In this document: in pieces, positions 54,883 through 64,000 of the stretch
How positions within the stretch are numbered: the first letter of the stretch is position 1
Layout of the letters: each line of letters starts with the position of its first letter
DNA from: Gemmatimonadota bacterium
GTDB lineage: Bacteria; Gemmatimonadota; Gemmatimonadetes; Gemmatimonadales; Gemmatimonadaceae
DNA length: 64,000 bases
Direction: 5' to 3'
Assembly (NCBI GenBank): GCA_040389905.1
Contig: JAZJZK010000005.1
Span: 160,001-224,000, forward strand
The notes under the pieces: model-generated
Seen by the model: the letters and a program-made list of their open reading frames with translations, nothing else
Databases searched by the model: none
What the model was told of the DNA's origin: nothing
Translations under genes and position numbers: made by a program

Positions 54883-57377
54883 GCCGCGTGCCTCTGCCGC
54901 TCTCGGGTCAACGCGACGTCGCCCTCCACGGTCTCGTGCGCCGGACTCGTGGCGGTGAATGTTCGCCCCAACCAACTCCCGAACACAACGGTCAATGAGC
55001 TCGCGGGCATCATGATCGCCGCAATGAGCGGGTTGATGAGGCCGGTCATCGCGAGCGCGACGCCGATCAGGTTGTAGAGCAACGACAAGGCGATGTTGCG
55101 CCTGATGACGAACATCGTGCGGCTTGCACCCTCGACGAGTCGGACGAGTGGCTCGAGACCAGGCGTCGTCAGGTGCACATCCGCGGTGGCGAGTGACGCT
55201 TCTGCGCCACCGTGCACACCGACCCCGACGGTCGCTGCGGCAATCGCGGCCGCGTCGTTCACGCCATCGCCAACCATCACGACCGGCGAATGTCCAGTCG
55301 CGGCAGCACGCGCGGCGATGATGTACGCGAGCTTCTGCTCCGGCGTCACGCCACCGATCGCGTCGTCGGCGGCGAAGCCAAGCCGAGCGCCCACGGCTAC
55401 GGCGACGGCGGGGTCGTCACCGGAGAGCAAGGTCAGCGCCCAACCACGAGAGCGCAGGGCATTCAACGACGCCAAGGCATCATCGCGAATCCGGTCGCCG
55501 AGTCCCGCGATCGCGACCACTCGTCCGTCGACGGCCACGAGGACCGGCGTGAGCACGGCATCGGACAGGCGGCTCAGATAGGTGCGCGACCCGCTCGCAT
55601 GTGCAGCCACGAAACGCGGCGATCCAACAACGACATCATGACCGAGTACGCGTCCGGTGATGCCGCCACCCACGTGATGCATGACCCCCTCAGCGTCCGG
55701 CGCCTGAAGGTCGGGCCACGCTCGGCGAAATCCATCGGCGAGGAGGTGCGATGAACCGGATTCCAGGGCGAGGACGAACGGCTGATAGCGCGGATCGCCG
55801 ATCCATGTCACGAGCGCCGTGCGACCCTCCGTGAGCGTCCCCGTCTTGTCGATGATGATCCGGCCTGCCTGCGACATCGACTCCAGGGCATCCCCACCCT
55901 TGAGGAAGATGCCAACGCGCGCGGCCCGTCCCACAGCAATCGTGACGGCGAGTGGTGTCGCAAGAGCAAGCGCACACGGACAGGTGACGATCAGGAGCGC
56001 GATCGCGTTGTCCCACGCGCGCGACGGATCGCGCTGCGCCCACAGGAAGAAGGTAAAGGCCGCAAGGGCGAGCACGACGGCGACGAACTTGCCGGCCAGA
56101 CGATTCGCGAATGCCACCACCGGCGTCTTGCGGTCGAGCGTGTCACCGACCTGTCGCAGGAGCTTTGCCAACCGGCTCGTTTCTCCCGCGACATTCACGC
56201 GCACGCGAACGGGCGCAGAGACGTTGAGTGTGCCGGCGTAGACGAGGTCTCCATCTGCCGCCTGCACGCCGCGCGACTCCCCGGTGAGCAACGAGGCGTT
56301 GATGCTCGTGTGTCCCTCTGAGATTACGCCGTCAGCGGGAAATGTCTCGCCTGCCCGCACGATCACTTCCATTCCGGGAACCAGCGCGACGGACGGGATC
56401 TCGCGCTCCGTATCATCGTCCTCGACGACGCGCGCTGTCGTAGGCGCCAGGGAAAACAGCAGCTGCGCCGCATCGGTCGCCGCGCGCTGGCCACGCTGCT
56501 GGAGAAAACGGCCCGTCAGCAGCAGGAAGATGAGCGTTGTCACACCATCGAAGTAGATCGGCCCACTGTCCGTGACCGTATTGATCGCACCGCGCAACGC
56601 ACCCGCGCCGAGCGCGATGGCAATGGGGAGGTCCATGTGGAGCGACCGCGTGCGAAGTGCGCTCCACGCGCCAACGAAGAAGACGCGTCCCGGACCGAGA
56701 ATCGCCGGAATGGTCAGCGCCAGGCACACCCACCGGAACATCCGCTCGAACGACCCCTCCATCGTCGAGAAGTCGCCGGCGTACAGCGCGAGCGATGCGA
56801 GCATTACGTTGCCGGCGATCGCTCCGGCGACGCCGATTCGCATCAACATCGCGCGATCCTCCCGGCGACGAATCGCGTCGCGCGCCACCCCGCGAAATGG
56901 ATGCGGTGCGTACCCGAGCCGATCGAGCGCCCGTGCCACCATCGAGAGCGGCACGGCGGCGCAGTTCCACTCGACTCTGGCGAGCGACCGACGGACGTCG
57001 AGCTCGACTCGCACCACGCCATTCACGAGCAGCGGTACTCGCTCCACGAGCCACACGCATGAAGCGCAGTGAACGCCTTCGAGATAGAGCTCGACCGCGC
57101 TGAGCCCATCCGAAGCTGGGCGGACATACAACTCGGCGAATGCCGGATGGTCGAACTCCTCGTAGCTTCGCCCCGTGGACTGCACTGGCGCGAGTCGCTT
57201 GTCCCGAAATGAGGAGTACGCCGCGAGTCCATTCTCCGATAGGAACTCGAAGGCAGTCCGGCATCCCGCGCAGCAGAACTGCGACGTCGCATCGGGCTGG
57301 ACGAGCGCCGGTGAAACGGGCAAGCCACAATGCGTGCACGAAATACCGATCGTCGCACTCGCACGCGGTATCGTCAT
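54879..57377 (-). CDS. ccoI: Copper-translocating P1B-type ATPase (CcoI/FixI)
   Basis: CTHC, FCCAGC, HCASC, TGES, CPC, DKTGT, MVGDGVND. Confidence 0.93.
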   Translation of the reverse strand: MTIPRASATIGISCTHCGLPVSPALVQPDATSQFCCAGCRTAFEFLSENGLAAYSSFRDKRLAPVQSTGRSYEEFDHPAFAELYVRPASDGLSAVELYLEGVHCASCVWLVERVPLLVNGVVRVELDVRRSLARVEWNCAAVPLSMVARALDRLGYAPHPFRGVARDAIRRREDRAMLMRIGVAGAIAGNVMLASLALYAGDFSTMEGSFERMFRWVCLALTIPAILGPGRVFFVGAWSALRTRSLHMDLPIAIALGAGALRGAINTVTDSGPIYFDGVTTLIFLLLTGRFLQQRGQRAATDAAQLLFSLAPTTARVVEDDDTEREIPSVALVPGMEVIVRAGETFPADGVISEGHTSINASLLTGESRGVQAADGDLVYAGTLNVSAPVRVRVNVAGETSRLAKLLRQVGDTLDRKTPVVAFANRLAGKFVAVVLALAAFTFFLWAQRDPSRAWDNAIALLIVTCPCALALATPLAVTIAVGRAARVGIFLKGGDALESMSQAGRIIIDKTGTLTEGRTALVTWIGDPRYQPFVLALESGSSHLLADGFRRAWPDLQAPDAEGVMHHVGGGITGRVLGHDVVVGSPRFVAAHASGSRTYLSRLSDAVLTPVLVAVDGRVVAIAGLGDRIRDDALASLNALRSRGWALTLLSGDDPAVAVAVGARLGFAADDAIGGVTPEQKLAYIIAARAAATGHSPVVMVGDGVNDAAAIAAATVGVGVHGGAEASLATADVHLTTPGLEPLVRLVEGASRTMFVIRRNIALSLLYNLIGVALAMTGLINPLIAAIMMPASSLTVVFGSWLGRTFTATSPAHETVEGDVALTRERQRHAA

Positions 57378-58081
57378 GGAACGGCGTGCAGCGTGTGCGT
57401 AACGTGCACGGCACTAGCGCCGATACGTCCAACGATGGAGAGGAATCCGAGAACCATCACGGCGGCACCGCTAATCAACGGAAGGCGCGCGGCGAATGGA
57501 CCCATCAGCCGCCGGGCACCGATGCCGACCGCGAACATCATGGGGAGCGTGCCGAGCCAGAAGAAACACATCACAAGCGCCCCTCCTGCGGCGGAACCGG
57601 TCGCTGCGGCGCTGACGACGAACGTGTACAGCCACCCGCACGGCAGCAGCGTAGTGACAAGTCCAGTCGCGGCGGCGCGAACGACCGGCGGGCGCTCTCT
57701 CACGGTTAGCAACACGCCTCCCATGGCGCGCTGCCACGCCACGGGAACGGACACCACCTGAACACGCACGCCACGCGCTGCCAGCACGGTGTGCCCGCCC
57801 CAGATCACCATGAGTGTTCCAGCGACGATCGCGGCGCCGCGCTGGATGCCGGCAAGTATCCCTGCAGCGTCGAGCGCATGGCCGGCGAATCCCGCGACCA
57901 CGCCGAGTAACACGTAGGAGGCCAGTCGTCCCAGGTTATACGCCACGTGCGGCCCCGCGCTCCATGAGCCGCCAGCGCCCCTGGACCCGGACCCATAGAA
58001 GCAGACGAAGGCGCCGCACATCGCCGCGCAATGAACGGAGCCGATGAGGCTCGCCACCAGCACCGCAACAGCAAGTGTCAC
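57374..58081 (-). CDS. DsbD_2 / TauE-like membrane protein of cbb3 assembly
   Basis: GSVHCAAMCG, YNLGR, LLPCGWLY, GTLP. Confidence 0.9.
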   Translation of the reverse strand: MTLAVAVLVASLIGSVHCAAMCGAFVCFYGSGSRGAGGSWSAGPHVAYNLGRLASYVLLGVVAGFAGHALDAAGILAGIQRGAAIVAGTLMVIWGGHTVLAARGVRVQVVSVPVAWQRAMGGVLLTVRERPPVVRAAATGLVTTLLPCGWLYTFVVSAAATGSAAGGALVMCFFWLGTLPMMFAVGIGARRLMGPFAARLPLISGAAVMVLGFLSIVGRIGASAVHVTHTLHAVP

Positions 58082-58632
58082 TGCGCGCCAGCCTTGAGGC
58101 GGTCGACAGGCGGATCGCCTGGTCGCGATTCGATCAACGACCCGCTCGTGGTTAGCGACGCATCGAGCCGCACGTCTGTGGCGAATCGTTCCGCGCCACG
58201 CGTCGCCACGATGCGAAACTCCCAGAGTCCTGCGCGAGCGAGCGGCAACGGGGCATCATAGGCACCGCCTCCGCGCGCGTCGAGCCGCGCACGCACCACA
58301 TCGTCGGCGTGCGCAACCTGTCGACCCTCCAATGAAACGGCGGCGCCGTCAACGGGTGCGCCATCACGCGCACGCAACTCGAGGCGGAGTGTCGCGACTG
58401 AACCGGTAATGGCACTCAGCGCCGGCACCAAGCGCCATCCAAGCGCCTCGCTCCGGCGCGACCTCGCGAGTGACGAGTCCCACGTCACTGCCTTTCGATA
58501 ATAGTCGGCTTCGATGCCGCGGTTCGGATCGTTGCTGGCGATGCGCGCCGCAACGAGTCCAAAGGTGACGTATCCGCTGAGCACGGAGATCACGATGAGC
58601 GGCCAGATGCGCTCCTTCCGAATGATGGCCAT
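58078..58632 (-). CDS. ccoH: FixH/CcoH family protein
   Basis: N-terminal WP + TM, DYY, GLWE C-terminal Ig-like strand; operon position. Confidence 0.85.
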   Translation of the reverse strand: MAIIRKERIWPLIVISVLSGYVTFGLVAARIASNDPNRGIEADYYRKAVTWDSSLARSRRSEALGWRLVPALSAITGSVATLRLELRARDGAPVDGAAVSLEGRQVAHADDVVRARLDARGGGAYDAPLPLARAGLWEFRIVATRGAERFATDVRLDASLTTSGSLIESRPGDPPVDRLKAGAQ

Positions 58633-58634
58633 GC

Positions 58635-60032
58635 TTACGGTACCGCGGGTATTGGTGTGGGGCCGAGCAGGTTGAACGGAAAGTCCTCCGTGTAGTCGCT
58701 CCCGTCAGCGATGCGCACTCGTATGTCACGCCGCCCAGCGTTGAACGCGGAGCGCGGCAGAAGAACGAAGACGCTCGTCGTTCGCTGCTCACCAGCCTTC
58801 ACCGTGAGGGGACTCTCTGGTGCGATAACCTGTGCCGAGTCGGCGCCAAGGATGGAAATGGCATAGGCGTGGTCGCGCAGCGAGCGATTGGCGATCTTCA
58901 CGCGCACCTGATTCGACACGCGTCCATCCAGTTCGATGCTGAACGGTTCGGCCTGGCTCCGGAGGATCATGACGTCGGCCTTTGCCTTCGTCTCGAGCGC
59001 GAAGATGAAGCCGCCAAGCAGCAGTACGAGGACGGCGGGATAGACGATCGTCCGTGGACGGAGCAGGTGCCTCGCCTTTCCGGCCAACTGGTCACGCGAT
59101 GCATAGCGGATCAGGCCGCGCGGCTTTCCAACCTTGTCCATGATGGAATCGCATGCGTCGATGCACTGGGTGCAATGAATGCATTCCATCTGGAGACCGT
59201 TGCGGATGTCGATCCCGGTCGGGCAAGTGGTCACACACGCATTGCAGGCCACGCAATCGCCGGCCTTCGCCGAGCGATCCTTGACGGCGTGTTCACGCGG
59301 TTCGCCGCGATAGGCATCGTAGGCGACAATGAGCGACTCGTTGTCGAGAAGCGCAGACTGCCAGCGTCCGTATGGGCAGGCGATCAGGCAGGTCTGCTCT
59401 CGGAAGTACGTGAAGTCATAGAAGACGAGCGCCGTGGTAGCGGCCATCACGAGAAACGGCGTGGGATGCTGGTACGGTGAGAGCCGCACCCACGCTTCAA
59501 TCGCCTCGGCACCGACGAAATACGCAAGGAAAGTGTTCGCCAGAAAGGCGGAGATCGCGAGATACACCGCGTACTTCAGCAACCGTCGCGGATTGAACCG
59601 GTCGCGATTCTTGTCGATGATGAGTGATCCACTGCGGCCGCCCTCGAGCAGACGTTCGAGTGGCCGAAACACGAACTCCATGTAGACCGTTTGCGGGCAG
59701 GCCCATCCGCACCACACTCGGCCGAAGAGTGCCGAGAAGAGAAAGATCGACACCACCGCACTCGCGAGGAGCAGCATCAGGAGCAGCGTGTCCGTCGGCA
59801 AGAAGGTCGTGCCGAGGATCGTGAAATGCCGGCGCGGCAAGTCGAGTTGAATCGCCGGCATTCCATTGATGCGGATGTGCGGAAGGCTCAGGAACAGCGC
59901 CATCAACGAGTACGCGACGATGCGGCGCCTCTGCCACCAGACGCCGGCCGCCGGCTTGGGACGGATCCAGTTCCGCGATCCGTCCTGATTCAGCGTTGGG
60001 AGTACGCGGCCCATGGCAACAGGAGCGCTCAC
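58635..60032 (-). CDS. ccoG: Cytochrome c oxidase accessory ferredoxin-like protein
   Basis: GRVWCGWACPQT, CPYGR, CVACNACVTTCPTGIDIR, ECIHCTQCIDAC. Confidence 0.96.
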   Translation of the reverse strand: MSAPVAMGRVLPTLNQDGSRNWIRPKPAAGVWWQRRRIVAYSLMALFLSLPHIRINGMPAIQLDLPRRHFTILGTTFLPTDTLLLMLLLASAVVSIFLFSALFGRVWCGWACPQTVYMEFVFRPLERLLEGGRSGSLIIDKNRDRFNPRRLLKYAVYLAISAFLANTFLAYFVGAEAIEAWVRLSPYQHPTPFLVMAATTALVFYDFTYFREQTCLIACPYGRWQSALLDNESLIVAYDAYRGEPREHAVKDRSAKAGDCVACNACVTTCPTGIDIRNGLQMECIHCTQCIDACDSIMDKVGKPRGLIRYASRDQLAGKARHLLRPRTIVYPAVLVLLLGGFIFALETKAKADVMILRSQAEPFSIELDGRVSNQVRVKIANRSLRDHAYAISILGADSAQVIAPESPLTVKAGEQRTTSVFVLLPRSAFNAGRRDIRVRIADGSDYTEDFPFNLLGPTPIPAVP

Positions 60033-60598
60033 CGGACGACGGCCACCCCTTCCGGCGCTTTGGGATTCACAGGCGTGGTGCCATGGAGCGACCAGACGTA
60101 CGCCGTCACTTCATCGACCTCGCGTGGCGCGAGCATTTTTCCCCAGGGAGGCATGCCCTTGGCAAGGACACCATTGGTAATGGTGGCATTGATCTCGTCG
60201 ATCTTGCCGCCGTGCAGCCAGACGTCATCGGTCAGGTTCGGCCCGATCAAGCCGCCAGCATCCGGCCGGTGGCACGACGCACAGTTCTTGGCGAATACCT
60301 TCTTTCCTTCGCCCACTTCGTGCGAGTCTTTCGTCAGCGCCAGCAACTGATCAGGACTCGTGGGCCCACTCGGTGCCGGGTGCGCCGCGCGCGCCGCCGC
60401 GAGGTCTTTCTCGTACGCGGCGATTCGCCCGCCATTCGTGCCCATGCCGCCGACGTTGAGCGCGTACAGCACGGAGAAGATGATCGTGCCCCAGAAGGTG
60501 AGCACCCACCACCGAGGCATGGGATTGTCGTATTCCTGGATACCGTCGTACGAATGCTCGATCAGGCGATCCATCTCGGGCTTCTTCTTGGCAGTCAT
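60029..60598 (-). CDS. ccoP: cbb3-type cytochrome c oxidase subunit III (short, single heme motif)
   Basis: HSYDGIQEYDNPMPRWW; one CASCH; GPNLTD..WLHGG; MPPW. Confidence 0.93.
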   Translation of the reverse strand: MTAKKKPEMDRLIEHSYDGIQEYDNPMPRWWVLTFWGTIIFSVLYALNVGGMGTNGGRIAAYEKDLAAARAAHPAPSGPTSPDQLLALTKDSHEVGEGKKVFAKNCASCHRPDAGGLIGPNLTDDVWLHGGKIDEINATITNGVLAKGMPPWGKMLAPREVDEVTAYVWSLHGTTPVNPKAPEGVAVVR

Positions 60599-60601
60599 GG
60601 A

Positions 60602-60796
60602 TCACTCCTCCCGCTGCGTAGGACTGGACGCCAGCCCGTCATCGAGGGGAAGCCTCGCGTCGGCCGACCAGCGTGCGCGGTTCGCGGGGCGATACACCCA
60701 CCACGCGATCCCGAGAAAGGTGATGAAGAACAGGATCATGCCGATCTCGGCGAAGATCGACAGGCCCGAATGGCTCATGATATCGGTCAGGCTCAC
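60602..60796 (-). CDS. ccoQ: cbb3-type cytochrome c oxidase subunit IV
   Basis: Single TM, LPLDD motif, between ccoO and ccoP. Confidence 0.85.
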   Translation of the reverse strand: MSLTDIMSHSGLSIFAEIGMILFFITFLGIAWWVYRPANRARWSADARLPLDDGLASSPTQREE

Positions 60797-63021
60797 TTGA
60801 CTCCTCCCGCACTGGCGACCGTTCCACCTTTGATATCGCGACCGAGGCGCTGCATGTACGAGATGATCGCGACGATTTCCTTGTCCTGAAGGCCGGTTGG
60901 GCCGCCGGATTGCGCGATGTCCGCTGCGATCTCCATCGCCTGCTTCTTCGCCATTGGCTCCGCACGCGTCAGCGCCTCGCCATACGGAACGCCGAGCATC
61001 GCCATCACGTCGACGCGACGTTGGATAACGGACCAGTCGATGCTGTTGGTCGCGAAATGACCATACGTCGGCATGATGGATTTCGCCGCGATGTCACGCG
61101 GGTTCGCAAAGTGGCGCACATGCCAGAGGTTGGGATACTTGCCGCCTTCGCGAGCCAGATCCGGCCCGATACGCCGCGAGCCCCAGAGAAACGGATGGTC
61201 GTAGACCGACTCGCCGGGCTTCGAGTATTCGCCGTAGCGTTCTGTCTCGTACCGCAACGGACGGATCATCTGCGAGTGGCAGTTGAAGCACCCTTCACGG
61301 ATGTAGATGTCACGGCCGTGCAGCTCGAGCGGGGTGTACGGCTTGACCGAGGCAATCGTCGGGACATTCGACTTGATGAGAAAGGTCGGAATGATCTCGA
61401 AGAGTGACGCGACAGCGACCGCAACGAGCACGAGTACCGTGAAGACGAGGGGCATCCGCTCCCAGTCGCGATGGAAGCGCAGTGAGTTGAAGCGTGCGAC
61501 GAGTCCACCCGCGACCGGTTCCTGCGCTGGCTCGACGTATTGCTTCGACAATGGTGCGGCACGGACGACAGGCACCTCGTACACAGCAGGGCGGCGGCGC
61601 CACGTCATCAGGATGTTCCATCCGAACAGGAACATGCCGACGATGTAGAGTGATCCGCCGACGACGCGCATCCAGTACATCGGAATCAGGCGGGCCACGG
61701 TCTCGACGAAGTCCGGATAGCTCAGCCGCCCCGTTTCGTCGAATGCGCGCCACATCAGCCCCTGCGTAAGACCGGCGCTGTAGATCGCGACGACATACAG
61801 CACGATTCCGAAGGTGGCGATCCAGAAATGGTAGGATGCGAGCTTCTTGCTGTAGAGCGGCGCCTGGAAGAGGCGCGGCAACAGCCAATAGATCATGCCA
61901 AAGGTGATGAACCCATTCCATCCGAGTGCGCCGGTGTGGACGTGCGCGATGATCCAGTCGGTGTAATGGGCAAGCGAGTTGACGCTCTTGATGGAGAGCA
62001 TCGGCCCTTCGAACGTGGACATGCCGTACGCGGTGATGCCGACGACGAAGAACTTGAGGATCGGATCATCGACGACCTTGTGCCATCCACCACGCAACGT
62101 GAGCAGTCCATTGATCATGCCTCCCCAACTCGGCGCCCACAACATGACGGAGAACAGCATGCCGACGGTCGATGCCCATTCCGGCAATGCCGTGTAGTGG
62201 AGGTGGTGCGGGCCCGCCCAGATGTACAGAAACACGAGCGACCAGAAATGCAGAATAGAGAGCCGGTAGCTGAAGACCGGCCCCTCCGCGGCCTTCGGCA
62301 TGAAGTAGTACATCAGGCCGAGGAATGGCGTCGTCAGGAAGAAAGCAACGGCGTTGTGGCCGTACCACCACTGCATGAAGGCGTCCTGCACACCGGCATA
62401 GATGCTGTAGCTCTTGAGCGCATCGGCCGGGATGGCGAGGTTGTTGAAGATGTGGAGGATGGCGACGGTGACAATACTCGCGACGTAAAACCAGATCGCG
62501 ACGTAGAGGTGCCGCTCGCGTCGCTTGACCATCGTGCCGATGAAGTTGATCGCGAAGAGGACCCAGACCACCGCGATCGCGATGTCGATCGGCCACTCGA
62601 GCTCCGCGTACTCCTTCGCCTGCGTGAATCCGAAGGGCAGCGTGAGGGCGGCTGAGAGAATGATCGCTTGCCAGCCCCAGAAATGAATCTTGCTGAGTGT
62701 GTCGGAGAACATGCGCGCCTTGAGCAGGCGCTGCGTGCTGTAATAGCATCCGCAGAAGAACGCATTCCCTGCGAATGCAAAGATGACCGCGTTCGTGTGC
62801 AGCGGCCGCAGCCGCCCGAAGCTCGTGAATGGCAGCCCAAAATTGAAGGCCGGATTCGCGAGCTGAAGCGCGATCAGCAAGCCCACCAGCATGCCGATCA
62901 GTCCCCACACGAACGTGGCAAAGAGAAACTTCCGTACGACGTCGTCGTCGTAGGAAAACTCGTCCATCGCATGCGACGGAGGAGCGTACGTGGACGGAAC
63001 GGTACCGACAAATCCTGTCAT
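60793..63021 (-). CDS. ccoN: Fused cbb3-type cytochrome c oxidase subunits I and II (CcoN-CcoO)
   Basis: GRLRPLHTN, WWYGHNAV, GPHHLHY, HVH heme/Cu ligands; then EGCFNCHSQMIRP, WGSRRIGPDL, SIMP in one frame; start moved to ATG 63021. Confidence 0.96.
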   Translation of the reverse strand: MTGFVGTVPSTYAPPSHAMDEFSYDDDVVRKFLFATFVWGLIGMLVGLLIALQLANPAFNFGLPFTSFGRLRPLHTNAVIFAFAGNAFFCGCYYSTQRLLKARMFSDTLSKIHFWGWQAIILSAALTLPFGFTQAKEYAELEWPIDIAIAVVWVLFAINFIGTMVKRRERHLYVAIWFYVASIVTVAILHIFNNLAIPADALKSYSIYAGVQDAFMQWWYGHNAVAFFLTTPFLGLMYYFMPKAAEGPVFSYRLSILHFWSLVFLYIWAGPHHLHYTALPEWASTVGMLFSVMLWAPSWGGMINGLLTLRGGWHKVVDDPILKFFVVGITAYGMSTFEGPMLSIKSVNSLAHYTDWIIAHVHTGALGWNGFITFGMIYWLLPRLFQAPLYSKKLASYHFWIATFGIVLYVVAIYSAGLTQGLMWRAFDETGRLSYPDFVETVARLIPMYWMRVVGGSLYIVGMFLFGWNILMTWRRRPAVYEVPVVRAAPLSKQYVEPAQEPVAGGLVARFNSLRFHRDWERMPLVFTVLVLVAVAVASLFEIIPTFLIKSNVPTIASVKPYTPLELHGRDIYIREGCFNCHSQMIRPLRYETERYGEYSKPGESVYDHPFLWGSRRIGPDLAREGGKYPNLWHVRHFANPRDIAAKSIMPTYGHFATNSIDWSVIQRRVDVMAMLGVPYGEALTRAEPMAKKQAMEIAADIAQSGGPTGLQDKEIVAIISYMQRLGRDIKGGTVASAGGVK

Positions 63022-63154
63022 CCGGCGGGCCTCGGACGTGTGGTGAGCGCGGGGAGTGATGCGACAGTCCATGCGACCGCAGCGCGCGCACCCGATGTCC
63101 GGGTGTGCTCGACGCGACGTGACAGAATGATCGGATCGAATGCAGCGGGCCGTA

Positions 63155-63218
63155 GGCAGGAGTTCCCCGGCGGTACGCACTGCAAACTCTTACCGCGCTG
63201 TCGGGAGTTTCCCGACAG
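63155..63218. promoter_or_regulatory. Tandem palindromic sites upstream of cbb3 operon
   Basis: CTGTCGGGA-GTT-TCCCGACAG (63198-63218) and related GGCAGGAGTTCCCCGGC (63155-63171). Confidence 0.5.
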
Positions 63219-63238
63219 GCGGCAACGTCCTGAAGCGG

Positions 63239-63625
63239 CTAGGCCGCCAGGGCAGCCATCACCGGGCCGGCGCCAACGAGACGCTTTCCGACGAGGTCGA
63301 CGACCATGTTCATACCTTCGAGTGTGCGCGCGCCGAGCAACACGAGGTCGCCCGGTTCGCCGAAGACAATCTCGTCAACAGTGACCGTGCCCGCGGCGTG
63401 CACGACGGCGAAGCCCACCGAGCGAACGAGCACCGTGCCGCTCGCCTGCTGAAAGCGAATCTGCTTCACACGCGTGATGCCCAGCTCCTCGAGCACGCTC
63501 GCGGGCGCCCAGGACAGCTCGGCGCCGGTATCCACCATCACCGACTGCAGGATTCTGCGCTCCCCGGGGTTGGCGTGATTCTCGAGTTCGATGTCGATTC
63601 TGAGGATTCCCATGTCGTCGGACAT
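63239..63625 (-). CDS. Stand-alone clan AA (retropepsin-like) aspartic protease
   Basis: MVDTGAE catalytic motif, LLGARTLEG; AGGAG RBS before ATG 63625. Confidence 0.85.
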   Translation of the reverse strand: MSDDMGILRIDIELENHANPGERRILQSVMVDTGAELSWAPASVLEELGITRVKQIRFQQASGTVLVRSVGFAVVHAAGTVTVDEIVFGEPGDLVLLGARTLEGMNMVVDLVGKRLVGAGPVMAALAA

Positions 63626-63691
63626 GATAGCTCCTGAAGACGTTGAATGAAGCATCATTCGAACGCGCGGCGTGTCAATCCCACGCGGGCG

Positions 63692-64000
63692 TCAGGCGGT
63701 CGCCATCGCTGGCCAACGATCACGCCATGGCCGCGCTTGCTCGAGCTGGCCAGCCAACCGAAAGAGCATGCCGTCGTTCCCGAACGCCGCCGCGAGTTGC
63801 ACACCAATGGGAAGGCCCTCAGCGTTCCAGTACAGTGGAACCGACATCGCCGGCTGGCCCGTGGTGTTGAACAGTGGCGGATACGGGATGAAATCAAAGA
63901 CCTGTGCCGCCGCCTGCTTGATCGCACCACCACGCTTCATCAGGCCTCCGGCACGCAACGCACCCAGCGTGCGAAGCGCCATCTCCTCGGACTTCTTCGG
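63692..64000 (-). CDS. Amidase signature family protein, C-terminal fragment (5' truncated by window edge)
   Basis: FNTTGQPAMSVP..GLPIGVQL..G.D..L..LAGQLEQARPW. Confidence 0.88.
   Translation of the reverse strand, partial: PKKSEEMALRTLGALRAGGLMKRGGAIKQAAAQVFDFIPYPPLFNTTGQPAMSVPLYWNAEGLPIGVQLAAAFGNDGMLFRLAGQLEQARPWRDRWPAMATA

Noticed and set aside
63127..63141. FNR-like site ATGAT-CGG-ATCGA upstream of ccoN
   Set aside because: Wrong spacing and two mismatches to consensus.

Overview
GC-rich bacterial chromosomal window. The gene content suggests Gemmatimonadota or a related lineage (inference): a PadR + ADOP-type duplicated permease pair, barrel-less TonB-plug proteins, GGRGG-rich exported hydrolases and a fused ccoNO. 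Housekeeping blocks sit at both ends: nadB(partial)-response regulator-nadA-nadC plus a NarX/NarL-type two-component system at 0-5.7 kb, and a complete cbb3 oxidase operon (ccoNO-Q-P-G-H-dsbD-like-I-S) at 54.7-63.0 kb. Between them lie many exported hydrolases, a vapBC-type toxin-antitoxin pair, ABC transporters, an RNB ribonuclease and a penicillin-acylase-family enzyme. The most interesting locus is at 38.5-43.1 kb. It is a tightly coupled operon encoding a PqqD/RiPP-recognition-element protein that carries a leader/precursor-like C-terminal tail, an HPr-kinase-like P-loop kinase, three GT2 glycosyltransferases and a degenerate nucleotidyltransferase. ABC exporters flank it, and the window has no lasso cyclase, leader peptidase or free precursor gene. 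It is a candidate undescribed peptide phospho/glyco-modification system. At least three families of REP/MITE-like palindromes are present. One inverted pair brackets an orphan gene, and one degenerate copy is translated in frame inside the RNB gene. Six genes show a -10 box 5-6 nt before the ATG, suggesting leaderless mRNAs. I recognised no rRNA, tRNA, CRISPR array or transposase. All product calls come from motif recognition by eye, not database searches, and several starts were re-chosen relative to the ORF track.
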